From the NCBI GenBank assembly GCA_965204745.1, contig OZ242010.1:3232001-3296000 (forward strand): DNA of 64,000 nucleotides, written 5' to 3'. Of this stretch, positions 35,185 to 45,508 are shown piece after piece (the first letter of the stretch is position 1; every line of letters begins with the position of its first letter). A program made the position numbers and the translations under genes. This DNA is from Candidatus Latescibacterota bacterium. GTDB lineage: Bacteria; Latescibacterota; UBA2968. The notes beneath the pieces were generated by a model. The model was not told where the DNA came from, did not search any database, and saw only the letters and a list, made by a program, of their open reading frames with translations.

Positions 35185-37584
35185 ATGCACGCCAAGCCCA
35201 AATACCTCCCCTTGCTCGTCGCCCTGTTCGCGGGCAGTGGGTGTGCCGCGCTCATCTACGAAATCGTCTGGTTTCAGATGTTGCAACTCGTCATCGGGTC
35301 TTCGGCTATTTCCCTCGGCATCTTGCTCGGCACGTTCATGGCCGGGATGTGCGTGGGCAGTGTGATGCTCTCCCGCGTCATCGCCACGCGCCATCATCCC
35401 TTGCGGGTCTATGCGCTGTTGGAACTGGGCATCGGCATCATGGGGATCGCCCTGCTGTCCGTGTTGCCACTGATCGGCAAATTCTACATCGGCGCGGCAA
35501 CGCAGGGCTTGTGGGGGCATCTCTTGCGCGGCCTTATCTGCGCGTTCTGCCTCTTTCCGCCCACCGTGTTGATGGGCGCGACCCTGCCCGCGATTGCGCG
35601 CTGGACCGCATCCACCCGGCGCGGCGTCTCATGGCTCGGGTTTTTTTATGGGGGCAATATCGTGGGCGCAGTGTGCGGCTGCTTGTTCGCAGGGTTTTAC
35701 CTCTTGCGCCTCTACGACGTGGTCATCGCAACGTACGTGGCAGTCGCGCTGAACATCGGCGTGGCCTTCATCGGGTATGGCTTGGCGCGCCGCGCCGAAT
35801 ACGCCGCAGCGGACGCGCCCACGCGCAATTTGTGGATCGCAAACGCCTGGCGCGTCTATGTCGCCATCGCGATTTCCGGCGCGTGTGCCCTCGGCGCGCA
35901 GGTGATCTGGACGCGCTTGCTGTCGCTGATGATGGGCGCGACCGTGTATGCGTTTTCGATCATCTTGGGCGTTTTCCTCATCGGACTCGGCGTGGGCAGC
36001 AGCGCGGGCGCCGCTCTTGCTCGCAGCAAACGCAATCCCCAACTCGCGCTGGGATGGTGTCAACTCCTCCTCGTCGGCGCGATAGCCTGGGCCGCTTACG
36101 CGCTCGCGCAGTTGCTCCCCTACTGGACGCCGGGCGGAACCGTTGCCGTGCGATTTCAGTTGGATTTGCTGCGTTGTTTCGTGGCGATCTTCCCGGCAAC
36201 CGCGTTGTGGGGCATGAGTTTTCCACTGGCCCTTGCAGCCGCGAGTACGCGAGACCGCGACCCGGGCGCGCTCGCCGGTAGCGTGTACGCGGCCAACACC
36301 GCAGGGGCTATCGTGGGCGCGCTCGGTTTTGTGGTGATCGCGCTTTGGGGAACGCAAACCGCGCAGCGAGTCCTGCTCGTCCTGTCCGCCTGCGGGGCCG
36401 CGTTGATGTTTGGACGTGCATTGTGGCAGGCGCGCAACCGAGGTCGGGCCGTCCGATCAGATCGCTGGGTTGCCGTCACGGTCGGCGTCGCCCTGCTCGT
36501 ATGGCACCTGCCCGCGCCACCGGCCGCGCTGATCGCTTATGGCCGCTCCCTGCTCGACTGGGGCGATGAGGCCCAATATCTCTACGTGGGCGAGGGCATG
36601 AACGCCTCCATTGCCGTGTCAGAACTGGACACGGGCGTGCGAAATTTTCACGTGAGTGGCAAAATCGTCGCGTCCAGCGAACCCCAGGATACGCGCTTGC
36701 AGCGCATGCTCGGGCACCTCTCCGCGCTGATGCACGCAAAGCCGCGATCCGTGCTCGTGGTGGGGTGCGGCGCAGGCGTGACAGCGGGAACATTTCTCTT
36801 GCATCCGAGTGTTGAACGCATCGTAATCTGCGAGATCGAACCGCTGATCCCGCCTGCGGCCAAGGCGTATTTCGGCCCCGAGAATTACGCGGTCTTGCAA
36901 GACCCCCGCGTGGAGGTCGCGATCGACGATGCGCGACATTATCTGGTGACAACGGATGAGAAATTTGATATTATTACGTCCGACCCCATCCACCCTTGGG
37001 TCAAGGGCGCAGGTGCCCTGTATTCAAAAGAGTATTTCGCCCTGTGCAAAAAACGCCTGAACCCCGGCGGGGTGGTGACGCAGTGGGTCCCCCTGTACGA
37101 ATCCCGCGCAGATGCGGTCAAAAGCGAAATCGCAACCTTTTTCGACGTGTTTTCACACGGGACAATTTGGGGCAATCAGGACGACGGCCAGGGCTATGAC
37201 GTCGTCCTCCTGGGCACGGAATCGCCGCTCATCATCGACGTGGATGCCCTGCAAACGCGCTTGGACCGCGACGACCACACCGAAGTTTGGGCATCGCTCG
37301 ACGACGTGGATCTGGGATCGGCTGTCGCGCTTTTGTCAACCTACGCCGGCCGCGCCTCGGACCTCGCAGAATGGCTCGCAGACGCCGAAATCAACCTCGA
37401 CCACAACATGCGCCTCCAGTACTTGGCCGGCCTGGGCCTGAACCGCTACGAGGCAGATGCCATCTACACCGCGCTCTTGGAATACGCGCATTACCCGACA
37501 ACCCTTTTCGTCGCCACCCAAACCACCGAAGCCGCCCTGCGATCCGAAATCGCTTGGCAACACGGCGGGAAAAACAACCGCTGA
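35185..37584 (+). CDS. Fused MFS/spermidine synthase-like protein
   Basis: Multi-TM N-terminus (SGCAALIYEIVW; LMGATLP; YAANTAGAIVG) and a SAM-dependent domain VLVVGCGAGVT..CEIEP..DDARHYL..FDIITSDP. Confidence 0.88.
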   Translation: MHAKPKYLPLLVALFAGSGCAALIYEIVWFQMLQLVIGSSAISLGILLGTFMAGMCVGSVMLSRVIATRHHPLRVYALLELGIGIMGIALLSVLPLIGKFYIGAATQGLWGHLLRGLICAFCLFPPTVLMGATLPAIARWTASTRRGVSWLGFFYGGNIVGAVCGCLFAGFYLLRLYDVVIATYVAVALNIGVAFIGYGLARRAEYAAADAPTRNLWIANAWRVYVAIAISGACALGAQVIWTRLLSLMMGATVYAFSIILGVFLIGLGVGSSAGAALARSKRNPQLALGWCQLLLVGAIAWAAYALAQLLPYWTPGGTVAVRFQLDLLRCFVAIFPATALWGMSFPLALAAASTRDRDPGALAGSVYAANTAGAIVGALGFVVIALWGTQTAQRVLLVLSACGAALMFGRALWQARNRGRAVRSDRWVAVTVGVALLVWHLPAPPAALIAYGRSLLDWGDEAQYLYVGEGMNASIAVSELDTGVRNFHVSGKIVASSEPQDTRLQRMLGHLSALMHAKPRSVLVVGCGAGVTAGTFLLHPSVERIVICEIEPLIPPAAKAYFGPENYAVLQDPRVEVAIDDARHYLVTTDEKFDIITSDPIHPWVKGAGALYSKEYFALCKKRLNPGGVVTQWVPLYESRADAVKSEIATFFDVFSHGTIWGNQDDGQGYDVVLLGTESPLIIDVDALQTRLDRDDHTEVWASLDDVDLGSAVALLSTYAGRASDLAEWLADAEINLDHNMRLQYLAGLGLNRYEADAIYTALLEYAHYPTTLFVATQTTEAALRSEIAWQHGGKNNR

Positions 37585-37597
37585 TGAAGGAGAACAA

Positions 37598-39454
37598 ATG
37601 ACCATGGAAAACGACCTCAAAGCCCAAGCCGCGCAAAACGTGCCGGAGGGCTACGATCCCGAGTTGTATCGGATCCGCCATTCACTCGCGCACATCATGG
37701 CGCAAGCCGTGATCGAGCAGTTTCCGGGCGCCAAAACCGCGATTGGCCCGCCCATTGAAAACGGGTTCTACTACGACTTCGACTTGCCCGCCAAATTGGG
37801 CGAAGAAGACCTGAAGGGGATTGAAAACAGGATGAAGGAAATCATACGCGGTCGCCATCCCTTTCGAGTTCGGGAAGTCAGTGCCGCCGAGGCGCGCGAC
37901 CTGTTTCAGGACAATCCCTACAAACTCGAACTCATCGATGGTCTCACGCAGGGCAACTATGACGAATACGGCAATGCGCTGTCAGACGCGCAGCAAACCG
38001 CGATCACGGTCTATCGACAAGACGCCTTTCTCGACCTGTGTCGCGGGCCGCATGTCGCGCACACCGGCAACATCAAATACAACGCATTCAAATTGATGAA
38101 CGTGTCGAGTGCTTACTGGCACGGCGACGAAAACAACCCCATGCTCACGCGCATCTACGGCACGGCTTGGCGCGACAAGGCAGAACTCAACGCCCACCTC
38201 AAACGCCTCGAAGAGGCCCAAAAGCGCGACCACCGGCGGTTGGGCCGCGACCTCGAACTCTTCATGGGCCACGAATTTATCGGCACCGGGCTTCCCATCT
38301 GGTTGCCCAATGGCGCCACCGTGCGCCGGATTCTCGAGGAATACATCGAGGAAGAAGAGCGCAAAGCGGGGTACATGCACGTTTATTCCCCGCACTTGGG
38401 CAAACAGGAACTCTACGAAAAATCGGGTCACTGGGAGCACTACAAGGATGAGATGTTCCCGCCTATCGAGTTGAAAAATGAGAACCTGGTATTGCGCCCC
38501 ATGAACTGCCCGCACCACATCTTGATCTATGCGTCAAAGCTCCACAGCTACCGGGAGTTGCCGATCCGCATCGCCGAATTGGGCACGATGTACCGGTTCG
38601 AGAGATCCGGCAAAATGGGCGGCTTGAGCCGCGTGCGCGCAATGACCTTGAACGACGCGCACATTTTTTGCACCCCGAGCCAAGTCAAAGACGAATTTGC
38701 CGATGTGATGCGCTTGGTCGAGCGCGCCTATCGCACCTTGGGCATTGTGGATTACACGTACCGCCTTTCCCTGCGCGACAAGGCGGACCGCGAAAAATAC
38801 GTGGACAACGACGCCATGTGGGATATGGCCGAGGACATGCTGCGCGAGACGATGAAGGCCCTGGATCTGCCTTATGTCGAAGTGCCCGGCGAAGCGGCGT
38901 TCTACGGCCCAAAGCTCGACATTCAATTCCGCGATGTGTTGGGCCGCGAAGAGACGTATTCCACCATTCAAATCGACTTTCACCTGCCCAATCGATTCGA
39001 TCTGACGTACGTAGATCAAGACGACCGCGAATGCCATCCCGTGATCATTCACCGGGGCGTCCTCAGCACCATGGAGCGGATGGTCGCCTATCTCATCGAA
39101 TTGTACGCGGGGGCATTTCCGGTTTGGCTCGCGCCCATCCAAGCGGTTTTGATCCCGATCTCGGACCGCCATATCGACTACGCCCAGCAAGTCACAACGC
39201 GCCTCGCCCAAGCCGGCTTTCGCGTGGAGATCGATGACAGCAACAACCGCATCAATGCCAAAATTCGCAACGCACAACTGCGGAAAATTCCCTACATGCT
39301 CGTCGTGGGCGACCGCGAGGTGCAAGGCGACTCCGTCTCCCCGCGCCTACGCACAGGCGAAAACTTAGCAGCAATGCCCGTGCAAGCCTTCGAAGACCTC
39401 CTGCAAAATATCGTGAGCACGCGGTCCTCGTCATTGGTCAAAGGCGAAAAGTGA
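37598..39454 (+). CDS. thrS: Threonine--tRNA ligase (short form without TGS domain)
   Basis: Motifs RHSLAHIMAQAV, GPPIENGFYYDF, DLCRGPHV, RDHRRLG, LRPMNCPHH, GEAAFYGPKLD, TIQIDF and WLAPIQ. Start at ATG 37598 with a GAAGGAG RBS. Confidence 0.97.
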   Translation: MTMENDLKAQAAQNVPEGYDPELYRIRHSLAHIMAQAVIEQFPGAKTAIGPPIENGFYYDFDLPAKLGEEDLKGIENRMKEIIRGRHPFRVREVSAAEARDLFQDNPYKLELIDGLTQGNYDEYGNALSDAQQTAITVYRQDAFLDLCRGPHVAHTGNIKYNAFKLMNVSSAYWHGDENNPMLTRIYGTAWRDKAELNAHLKRLEEAQKRDHRRLGRDLELFMGHEFIGTGLPIWLPNGATVRRILEEYIEEEERKAGYMHVYSPHLGKQELYEKSGHWEHYKDEMFPPIELKNENLVLRPMNCPHHILIYASKLHSYRELPIRIAELGTMYRFERSGKMGGLSRVRAMTLNDAHIFCTPSQVKDEFADVMRLVERAYRTLGIVDYTYRLSLRDKADREKYVDNDAMWDMAEDMLRETMKALDLPYVEVPGEAAFYGPKLDIQFRDVLGREETYSTIQIDFHLPNRFDLTYVDQDDRECHPVIIHRGVLSTMERMVAYLIELYAGAFPVWLAPIQAVLIPISDRHIDYAQQVTTRLAQAGFRVEIDDSNNRINAKIRNAQLRKIPYMLVVGDREVQGDSVSPRLRTGENLAAMPVQAFEDLLQNIVSTRSSSLVKGEK

Positions 39455-39493
39455 CCCGAAGCATAAACGCGAATCCCGCAACCGCGTACAAAA

Positions 39494-39527
39494 AGAACGC
39501 CATCGACAAATCGCCGATGGCGTTTCT
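39494..39527. terminator. Hairpin between convergent genes (likely bidirectional terminator)
   Basis: aacgccatcg-acaaatcgc-cgatggcgtt inverted repeat with an A-run on the left. Confidence 0.6.
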
Positions 39528-39587
39528 GCTTATCCCAATCGGATCATCGCACGCCTGCACGCTTTGGCTGGCAATCAGGGCCATTGT

Positions 39588-40349
39588 TCACCGCCAAAAT
39601 GGACTCGCCCTCTCCGAAAACACCACCTGTCCAAAATCCGCTGGCGCGTGGAATTGCGGGTGGGGCGTTCGGCTGCCCGACCACTGGCTGAATTGCTCAT
39701 TGGTCTTCCCGCCCAGACGGTTCAAATTCAGATGCCACACATCCCCCGGTTGCGGCGGGGTATGCGCGGCAACGTGTGCAAAATTGCGAAAGGGAATGGC
39801 CGCCTCCAAAATCCAGTATTCATCCTCATCGCTGTCGTCGTTCAGCGTGCCCACGATCTGCGTTTTGATCTGAATGCCCTCGCCATTCCATTCCCCGGGC
39901 ACGGGCGCGTCAGGCCCTTCGGGATGAAACTGGTCCAAAAAAATGCCCAGCACATTCATTTCGATATTGAAATAGGCTTGGGGCAAATTCGGATTCGGCG
40001 CGGTAAAAACCTCTACGGTGTCGTCCTTCCACACCGCGGAATCGCGGGCCGTGTGTTCGGCCCAAATATGGGCGTCTTCGCAGATGTAGGCCACGTACAA
40101 ATGCGCGTCATCCCACAGCATTTTGGCGACGGTCTGTTCCTTCTTCCCGGACGCATACCACGGAAAAACAAACGCCCCCACATCCGGCGCGGCCACCCAG
40201 GCGGGTTCGTCCAACCGTCCGTCAATGACAATCGGCGTTCCCGCGCGATAAACGGCGTACACCGGCGGCTCCGCATAAGTTGATGGTACCATAAAAATCC
40301 CCCCAAAAAGCAAAATCAGAGCGGCTGTAAAAAAAGAATGAGCGAACAT
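39588..40349 (-). CDS. Carbohydrate-binding family 9-like (DOMON-like) protein
   Basis: Signal peptide; motifs IVIDGRLDEPAW, AKMLWDDAHLYVAY, DDTVEVF and WILEAAIPF. Start codon uncertain. Confidence 0.82.
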   Translation of the reverse strand: MFAHSFFTAALILLFGGIFMVPSTYAEPPVYAVYRAGTPIVIDGRLDEPAWVAAPDVGAFVFPWYASGKKEQTVAKMLWDDAHLYVAYICEDAHIWAEHTARDSAVWKDDTVEVFTAPNPNLPQAYFNIEMNVLGIFLDQFHPEGPDAPVPGEWNGEGIQIKTQIVGTLNDDSDEDEYWILEAAIPFRNFAHVAAHTPPQPGDVWHLNLNRLGGKTNEQFSQWSGSRTPHPQFHAPADFGQVVFSERASPFWR

Positions 40350-40538
40350 TTTTGCCTCTTGTGTAGCGTATCGCGTGCAAAGTTCAAACGCAAAATACCA
40401 TAACAAGCCGCATTTTCAACCCCTTTTTGCAGGCTATTCCTTGGGATTCACACTTGATTAGATCAACGGAAAAATATATACTCTGCCAATGGACCGCGGA
40501 TAACCAATCCCGAAAATCAAATCCGACCCCATGGGGCA

Positions 40539-40757
40539 ATGATGAAAGCCTATCGCGTTCAAAAGAAGATCGCCGCAAACGGCGATCTCAAACTGCGTGC
40601 TCTCCCTTTTCGAGAAGGGGATGAAGTAGAGGTCATTATTTTGTCGCACGAAGCCATCCGCCCTTCCGCAACGCCATCACCAATACGCGGCAAGGTCATT
40701 GAATATCTGGATCCGACGGAGCCAGTAGCGACAGAAGACTGGGAACTTTTGAAGTAA
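40539..40757 (+). CDS. Small antitoxin-like hypothetical protein (AbrB-like N-terminus)
   Basis: 72 aa, NGDLKLRALPFREGDEVEVIIL...IRGKVIEYLDPTEPVATEDWE. Resembles type II TA antitoxins that precede PIN toxins, but no toxin gene follows. Confidence 0.6.
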   Translation: MMKAYRVQKKIAANGDLKLRALPFREGDEVEVIILSHEAIRPSATPSPIRGKVIEYLDPTEPVATEDWELLK

Positions 40758-40787
40758 GGACGAGGTAGATTCGCCAAGGAGACAACC

Positions 40788-41573
40788 ATGTTGACCGAAG
40801 AACAAGTGGCAGAATTTCACGACAATGGGTTTTTGAACGGCGGCCCCCTGTTGGACGACGCGCAGGTCGAGGTGTTGCGCGAGGAACTCTACCGCGTGAT
40901 CGCCGACAAAGACCGCGATGACGTGCCACAGCCCGTGCTGTTGCGGAACTTGCGCGGCGACGATTCGGCACCGGTCTGGCAGATTGTGAATATCTGGGAA
41001 GCCAGCGCGCCGTTTGAGGCATTGATGTATTCGCAGAAAATTGTCGAGGAAATGGCGCAGTTGACCGGCGCGACCGAATTGCGTATCTGGCACGACCAGA
41101 TCCAGTACAAACCCGCTGAAATCGGAGGCACGACCGGCTGGCATCAAGACGCGCCCCTGTGGCCGATTATCCGCCCCATGACCGAAGTCAGTGCTTGGGT
41201 GGCCCTGGACGATGTGGATGAGGAAAACGGGTGTATGAGCATGGTGCCGGGCTCGCACAACTGGGGCAATCAAATCGCGTTTGTTCGCACGGTGCAAGAC
41301 TTCGATGCCATGCCCTCAACCTTTGAAAACCATCCCATCGAGGTGGTGCGCCGCCCAGTGAAAAAAGGCGAAGTGCATTACCACCACGCCCTCACATGGC
41401 ACGGTTCGCACGACAACCACAGCAACCGCCCTCGCCGCGCCATCGCGATTCACTACATGACACAAGACACTTACTACGATGCACGCGGCAACCATGTGAT
41501 GAAAGAATTTGTCGATGTAAAAGACGGCGAAATCCTGCGTGGAAAACACTTTCCAACGGTGTGGCAAAAGTGA
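40788..41573 (+). CDS. Phytanoyl-CoA dioxygenase (PhyH) family protein
   Basis: MLTEEQVAEFHDNGFL, WHQD, WVALDDVDEENGCMSMVPGSH and HHALTWHGS..N.SNRPRRA. Confidence 0.9.
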   Translation: MLTEEQVAEFHDNGFLNGGPLLDDAQVEVLREELYRVIADKDRDDVPQPVLLRNLRGDDSAPVWQIVNIWEASAPFEALMYSQKIVEEMAQLTGATELRIWHDQIQYKPAEIGGTTGWHQDAPLWPIIRPMTEVSAWVALDDVDEENGCMSMVPGSHNWGNQIAFVRTVQDFDAMPSTFENHPIEVVRRPVKKGEVHYHHALTWHGSHDNHSNRPRRAIAIHYMTQDTYYDARGNHVMKEFVDVKDGEILRGKHFPTVWQK

Positions 41574-41632
41574 AAGGCACAAACAACTAACCGCTAATCG
41601 CTGACCGCTTGGTACGGCACTCCTCTCCCCTC

Positions 41633-41747
41633 TTGTATCTTTGGCCGAGCACGGGGCATCGCCCCTATACACGGCTCGCCTTTCCCCGCTCGTGGCTTAA
41701 ACTTCCATCTTGCCTCTCGCCTCTTGCCTCTCACCTCTTGTATCTTA
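41633..41747. repeat. Family B REP-like element plus (tctcgcc)n-type heptamers
   Basis: cttgtatctttggccgagcacggggcatcgcccctatac...ccccgctcgtggct matches 54833-54923. Confidence 0.7.
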
Positions 41748-41953
41748 CGTCCCTTCCTCTGCGGCGCGTTCAGCGGTGCAAACTGAACACATCGTTCACT
41801 TAACCGATAAATTCTCGTGTTGTATTTCACGGATGCAAGATCCACGCCAACCCTTCTTGCAATAGACGAAAAGAAAGGGTTGTAAAATCGGGGGCAGAGA
41901 TGTATGTTGTCGCTGGGCAGAATATTTGATCACATGCAACAAAGGAAGGCATT

Positions 41954-42301
41954 ATGACCATCAGAGAAGAAATCAAGGACGACATCGCGATCCTCACCCT
42001 GCGGGGCGATTTGATGGATGGGCCGGAGGTCGCGCCGTTTCACGAGCACGTCAAAAAACTCGTCGACAACAACATCAATCGCGTGATTGTCGATTTTTCC
42101 GGCATCAGATGGTTTGGCAGTGCGATGCTCGGCGTGCTCACCGCGTCTTTGGCAACCGTGAAAGAAGCCGGTGGCGAGTTGTGCTTGGTGGGCATTACCA
42201 AGCGAATCGAAAGCATTTTCATGGTCACGTCCCTAGCGTCGGCTTTTCAAACCTATCGCACTGTGAACCGCGCGCTGGTCCATTTCAGGCACAATCCGTG
42301 A
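41954..42301 (+). CDS. STAS-domain anti-sigma factor antagonist
   Basis: 115 aa: ILTLRGDL..VIVDFSGIRWFGSAMLGVL..GGELCLVG..IESIFMVTSL. Confidence 0.88.
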   Translation: MTIREEIKDDIAILTLRGDLMDGPEVAPFHEHVKKLVDNNINRVIVDFSGIRWFGSAMLGVLTASLATVKEAGGELCLVGITKRIESIFMVTSLASAFQTYRTVNRALVHFRHNP

Positions 42302-42397
42302 TCGGGTTTGAGCCACGAAGGGTATGAAGAAAGGCGAATCGCGGGTTAAAGTCGGAAGTCATTCCAATTCGTCTGTCCCCGGTTTCGCACATTCGCA

Positions 42398-43600
42398 ATG
42401 GCACATTCTGAACTCACCCGCAGCGTTCGCTTGTATCCGATTTACGCGCCTATCGCGCAGGCGCATTTCTGGTTGCCCGTATTTTTTTTGTATTTCAACC
42501 AGCACATGACCATCGATCAGGTGTTGCGTCTCGAAGCCATTTACTACGTCGCTGTGGTGATCCTCGAAGTGCCATCTGGGTACTTGTCCGACACCTTGGG
42601 CCGCCGTCTCACCCTTTTGATCTCCACCCTCGCTGCGGTACTTGCGTACATCCTGTTTTTTTTTGCTCACGCATTTGGCGCCTTTGTGTTGGCGCAACTC
42701 GGCTTGGCCGCGAGTGTGGCGTTTCGGTCCGGCACGGACACGTCCTTTCACTACGACCTGCTCGCGTGTTTGGGCCGCGAAGCCGAGTACGCGGACCGCG
42801 AGGCGCGCATTACGCGCAATGTGTTTTTCGCCTCGGCCGGGGCCGCGCTCACAGGCGGTTTGGTCGCCATTTATGCGTTGCGTCTCGCGTATTGTCTCTC
42901 CCTGTTGACCGCGTGTGTGTGTGGCGTGCTGGTCTTTGCATTTGCCGAACCGAGCCGAGACCCCAAACGCCGTTTTTTGATGCCGGGATTTTTTGCACAG
43001 ATTCGCGCATGTGTGGCGTATCTCAAGCAACCCGCGCTCGCGTGGTTGATGTCGTTCTCCGTGTTTATGACGGTGATCAACCACATCCCCTACGAATTTT
43101 ACCAACCCTACATCGACTTGCTCACAGGACAGGCGCCCACCCCGTTGGTCACGGGTTGCCACACCGCGTTGACGATGGTCATTGCGGCGTGGTTTGCAAA
43201 GCGCAGTGTTCGCCTGTCCGATGCCGTGGGCACGCGCTCGGCCCTGATGCTCAGTGCGGGCATTCAAGGCTTTCTCATCTGGACGATGAGCGTTTTTCTG
43301 CATCCCATTGTCGTGTTGCTGTTGGGGTTTCGCTCGGTCCCTCGTGCCCTGATGATCGCGCCGCTCAATGCCGCGATTGTTCCCCGGTTGCAACAACACC
43401 ATCGCGCCACCTATCTCTCCATCCAAAGCCTGATCGGCCGGTTGGCATTTTCGCTCTGCCTCGCCCTGCTCGCGTCCTCCGCATCAACGGGCGCGGACGC
43501 GATCTTTCACCCCCTCCACACGGCCGCGGTTTTTGCCCTCGCGGGATGCGCGGTGCTCGCGATCATCGCGGTGCTCATTCCCCAGGCGCAGTGGGAATAG
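42398..43600 (+). CDS. MFS transporter
   Basis: About 12 hydrophobic segments with an MFS motif A-like EVPSGYLSDTLGRR. Confidence 0.88.
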   Translation: MAHSELTRSVRLYPIYAPIAQAHFWLPVFFLYFNQHMTIDQVLRLEAIYYVAVVILEVPSGYLSDTLGRRLTLLISTLAAVLAYILFFFAHAFGAFVLAQLGLAASVAFRSGTDTSFHYDLLACLGREAEYADREARITRNVFFASAGAALTGGLVAIYALRLAYCLSLLTACVCGVLVFAFAEPSRDPKRRFLMPGFFAQIRACVAYLKQPALAWLMSFSVFMTVINHIPYEFYQPYIDLLTGQAPTPLVTGCHTALTMVIAAWFAKRSVRLSDAVGTRSALMLSAGIQGFLIWTMSVFLHPIVVLLLGFRSVPRALMIAPLNAAIVPRLQQHHRATYLSIQSLIGRLAFSLCLALLASSASTGADAIFHPLHTAAVFALAGCAVLAIIAVLIPQAQWE

Positions 43601-43982
43601 AGGTGAGAGGCGAGAGGGGAGAGGCGAGAGGCGAGAGGCGAGAGGCGAGAGGCGAGAGGCGAGAGGGCATGGAAGGACATAGCGGCGGGGAATTGGGACC
43701 TACCCCCCTAACCCCCCCTTCCTGCAAGGAAGGGGGGAACGCGGATGGGTTTTGCGAAGGGATGGTGTGAGGGATCTTTAATCGCTTTATGCCCTCGGTC
43801 AATGCCATCAGCTCAACCAGAGCGAGAAGCCATCAAAGGAGCTTTACTCCCCTTTCCTCGTAGGAAAGGGGCCGGGGGATAGGTCCCCTCGCGCAATGCC
43901 ATCAGCTCAACCAGAGCGAGAAGCCATCAAAGGAGCTTTACTCCCCTTTCCTCGTAGGAAAGGGGCCGGGGGATAGGTCCCC
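43599..43982. repeat. (gaggcga)n heptamer run plus a family A element whose 3' half is tandemly duplicated
   Basis: About nine gaggcga-type units at 43599-43667. The element spans 43695-43887 and its 3' part is repeated to 43982. Confidence 0.85.
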
Positions 43983-44043
43983 GGGCGCAGTGGGAATAGA
44001 GGCAAGATGGGATTTTAGCCACAAAAGGCACAAGAGGTGCAAA

Positions 44044-45498
44044 ATGAATCCATCCTCCAGAAAACCGAATCTGTTATTCATTTTCACGGATCAGCAACGC
44101 GCCGATACCATGCGGTGCTATGGCAATGTGCATCTCGATGTCGCGCATCTCAACGCGCTTGCGGATGGGAGTTTTGTCTTTGAAAACGCCTACGTCAGCC
44201 AACCCGTGTGCAGTCCGTCTCGCGCTACGATGTTGTGCGGCCTGTACCCGCACACGGCCCGGGTGCCCGCGTGTAATGTGCCGTTGCCGCGAGAGGTGCG
44301 GACTATCGCCGAAATGGTATCGGCGGATTATCGGTGTTGTTACAATGGCAAGTGGCACTTGGGCGATGAGATTTTTCCACAGCACGGCTTTGGCGAGTGG
44401 GTCGGCACAGAGGACTCGTACCGCCGGCATTTCTCGAGCGCGGAACGCCATCGATACCGCAGTGCTTACCATCACTTTCTCGTGGCAAATGGGTTTGAAC
44501 CCGACGCGGAATCCGAAGGCCAGCGCGTTTTCTCCCGGCATGTGGAAGCCAGCATGCCCGAACCCTTTACCAAAGCCGCTTTCCAAGGCGACCGCGCCGC
44601 GCAATTTATCCGCGCCTGCGGGGATGACCCCTTTGTGCTCGCGGTTTCGTATTTGGAGCCACACCCGCCGCATACCGGGCCGTTCAACGACTATTGCGAT
44701 CCGGACGACCTTCCGGTCGGCCCCGCGTTCCGGCAAAAGCCACCTGCCAATGCGTCTCTCCTCAACCGCGTTTTGGCCGCTTATTACATGGAATCCGAAG
44801 AATACGGGTACGACCTTCGCACGGATGAAGGCTGGCGTGCAGTGCGGGCGCGGTATTTCGGCAACATCACCTTAGTGGATCGCTCCGTCGGCAAAATCCT
44901 GACTGCGTTGGAAGAAAGCGGGCAGGCCGACAATACCATCGTCGTCTTCACCAGTGACCACGGGGAGATGGTCGGGGACCACGGCATTTTGGGCAAGACC
45001 GTGCTCTACGAGGAATCCGTCAAAGTTCCCCTGCTCATCCGCGTGCCGTGGCTGTCCAAGCAACAGCGGATAGTCCCCGGCAACATCTCGCACATCGACC
45101 TCGTACCCACCCTGCTCGATCTGATGGGCGAACCCATCCCCGAGCACTTGCAGGGCGAGAGCCGCGTGCCGGTGATGATTGGCGAGGCCACCTTGGCGGA
45201 AAACGACGCGTTTATCCAGTGGAACCGCAGCGACGGTCATCCGCGTCCGGGCGAGGCCGAAGTCAATCCGGCGATGGGCACGCCTTGGCGGTGCATCGTC
45301 TCCTCGGATCGCTGGAAACTCAATTTGAGTGCCCACGATCAATGCGAACTCTACGATCTCAACACGGACCCCCATGAGATGATCAATCGCTTTGGCGATC
45401 CCAAACACCGCACCCGCATCCGCGACCTCGCCGCCCGCATTCGCCAATGGCAAGCGCGGACGAACGACCGAGTCTCGTTGCCCCACCCCAACCATTGA
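44044..45498 (+). CDS. Sulfatase (Cys-type, formylglycine-dependent)
   Basis: KPNLLFIFTDQQR, CSPSRA (CxPxR), GKWHLG, DNTIVVFTSDHGE and ELYDLNTDPHEM. Confidence 0.93.
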   Translation: MNPSSRKPNLLFIFTDQQRADTMRCYGNVHLDVAHLNALADGSFVFENAYVSQPVCSPSRATMLCGLYPHTARVPACNVPLPREVRTIAEMVSADYRCCYNGKWHLGDEIFPQHGFGEWVGTEDSYRRHFSSAERHRYRSAYHHFLVANGFEPDAESEGQRVFSRHVEASMPEPFTKAAFQGDRAAQFIRACGDDPFVLAVSYLEPHPPHTGPFNDYCDPDDLPVGPAFRQKPPANASLLNRVLAAYYMESEEYGYDLRTDEGWRAVRARYFGNITLVDRSVGKILTALEESGQADNTIVVFTSDHGEMVGDHGILGKTVLYEESVKVPLLIRVPWLSKQQRIVPGNISHIDLVPTLLDLMGEPIPEHLQGESRVPVMIGEATLAENDAFIQWNRSDGHPRPGEAEVNPAMGTPWRCIVSSDRWKLNLSAHDQCELYDLNTDPHEMINRFGDPKHRTRIRDLAARIRQWQARTNDRVSLPHPNH

Positions 45499-45508
45499 GA
45501 GGTAGATC

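Noticed and set aside
37457-37597. N-terminal extension of thrS
   Set aside because: It overlaps the upstream gene, and a clear RBS precedes ATG 37598.
39494-39527. GC hairpins as possible tRNA or ncRNA genes
   Set aside because: No cloverleaf, T-loop or CCA features; better explained as terminators or REPs.
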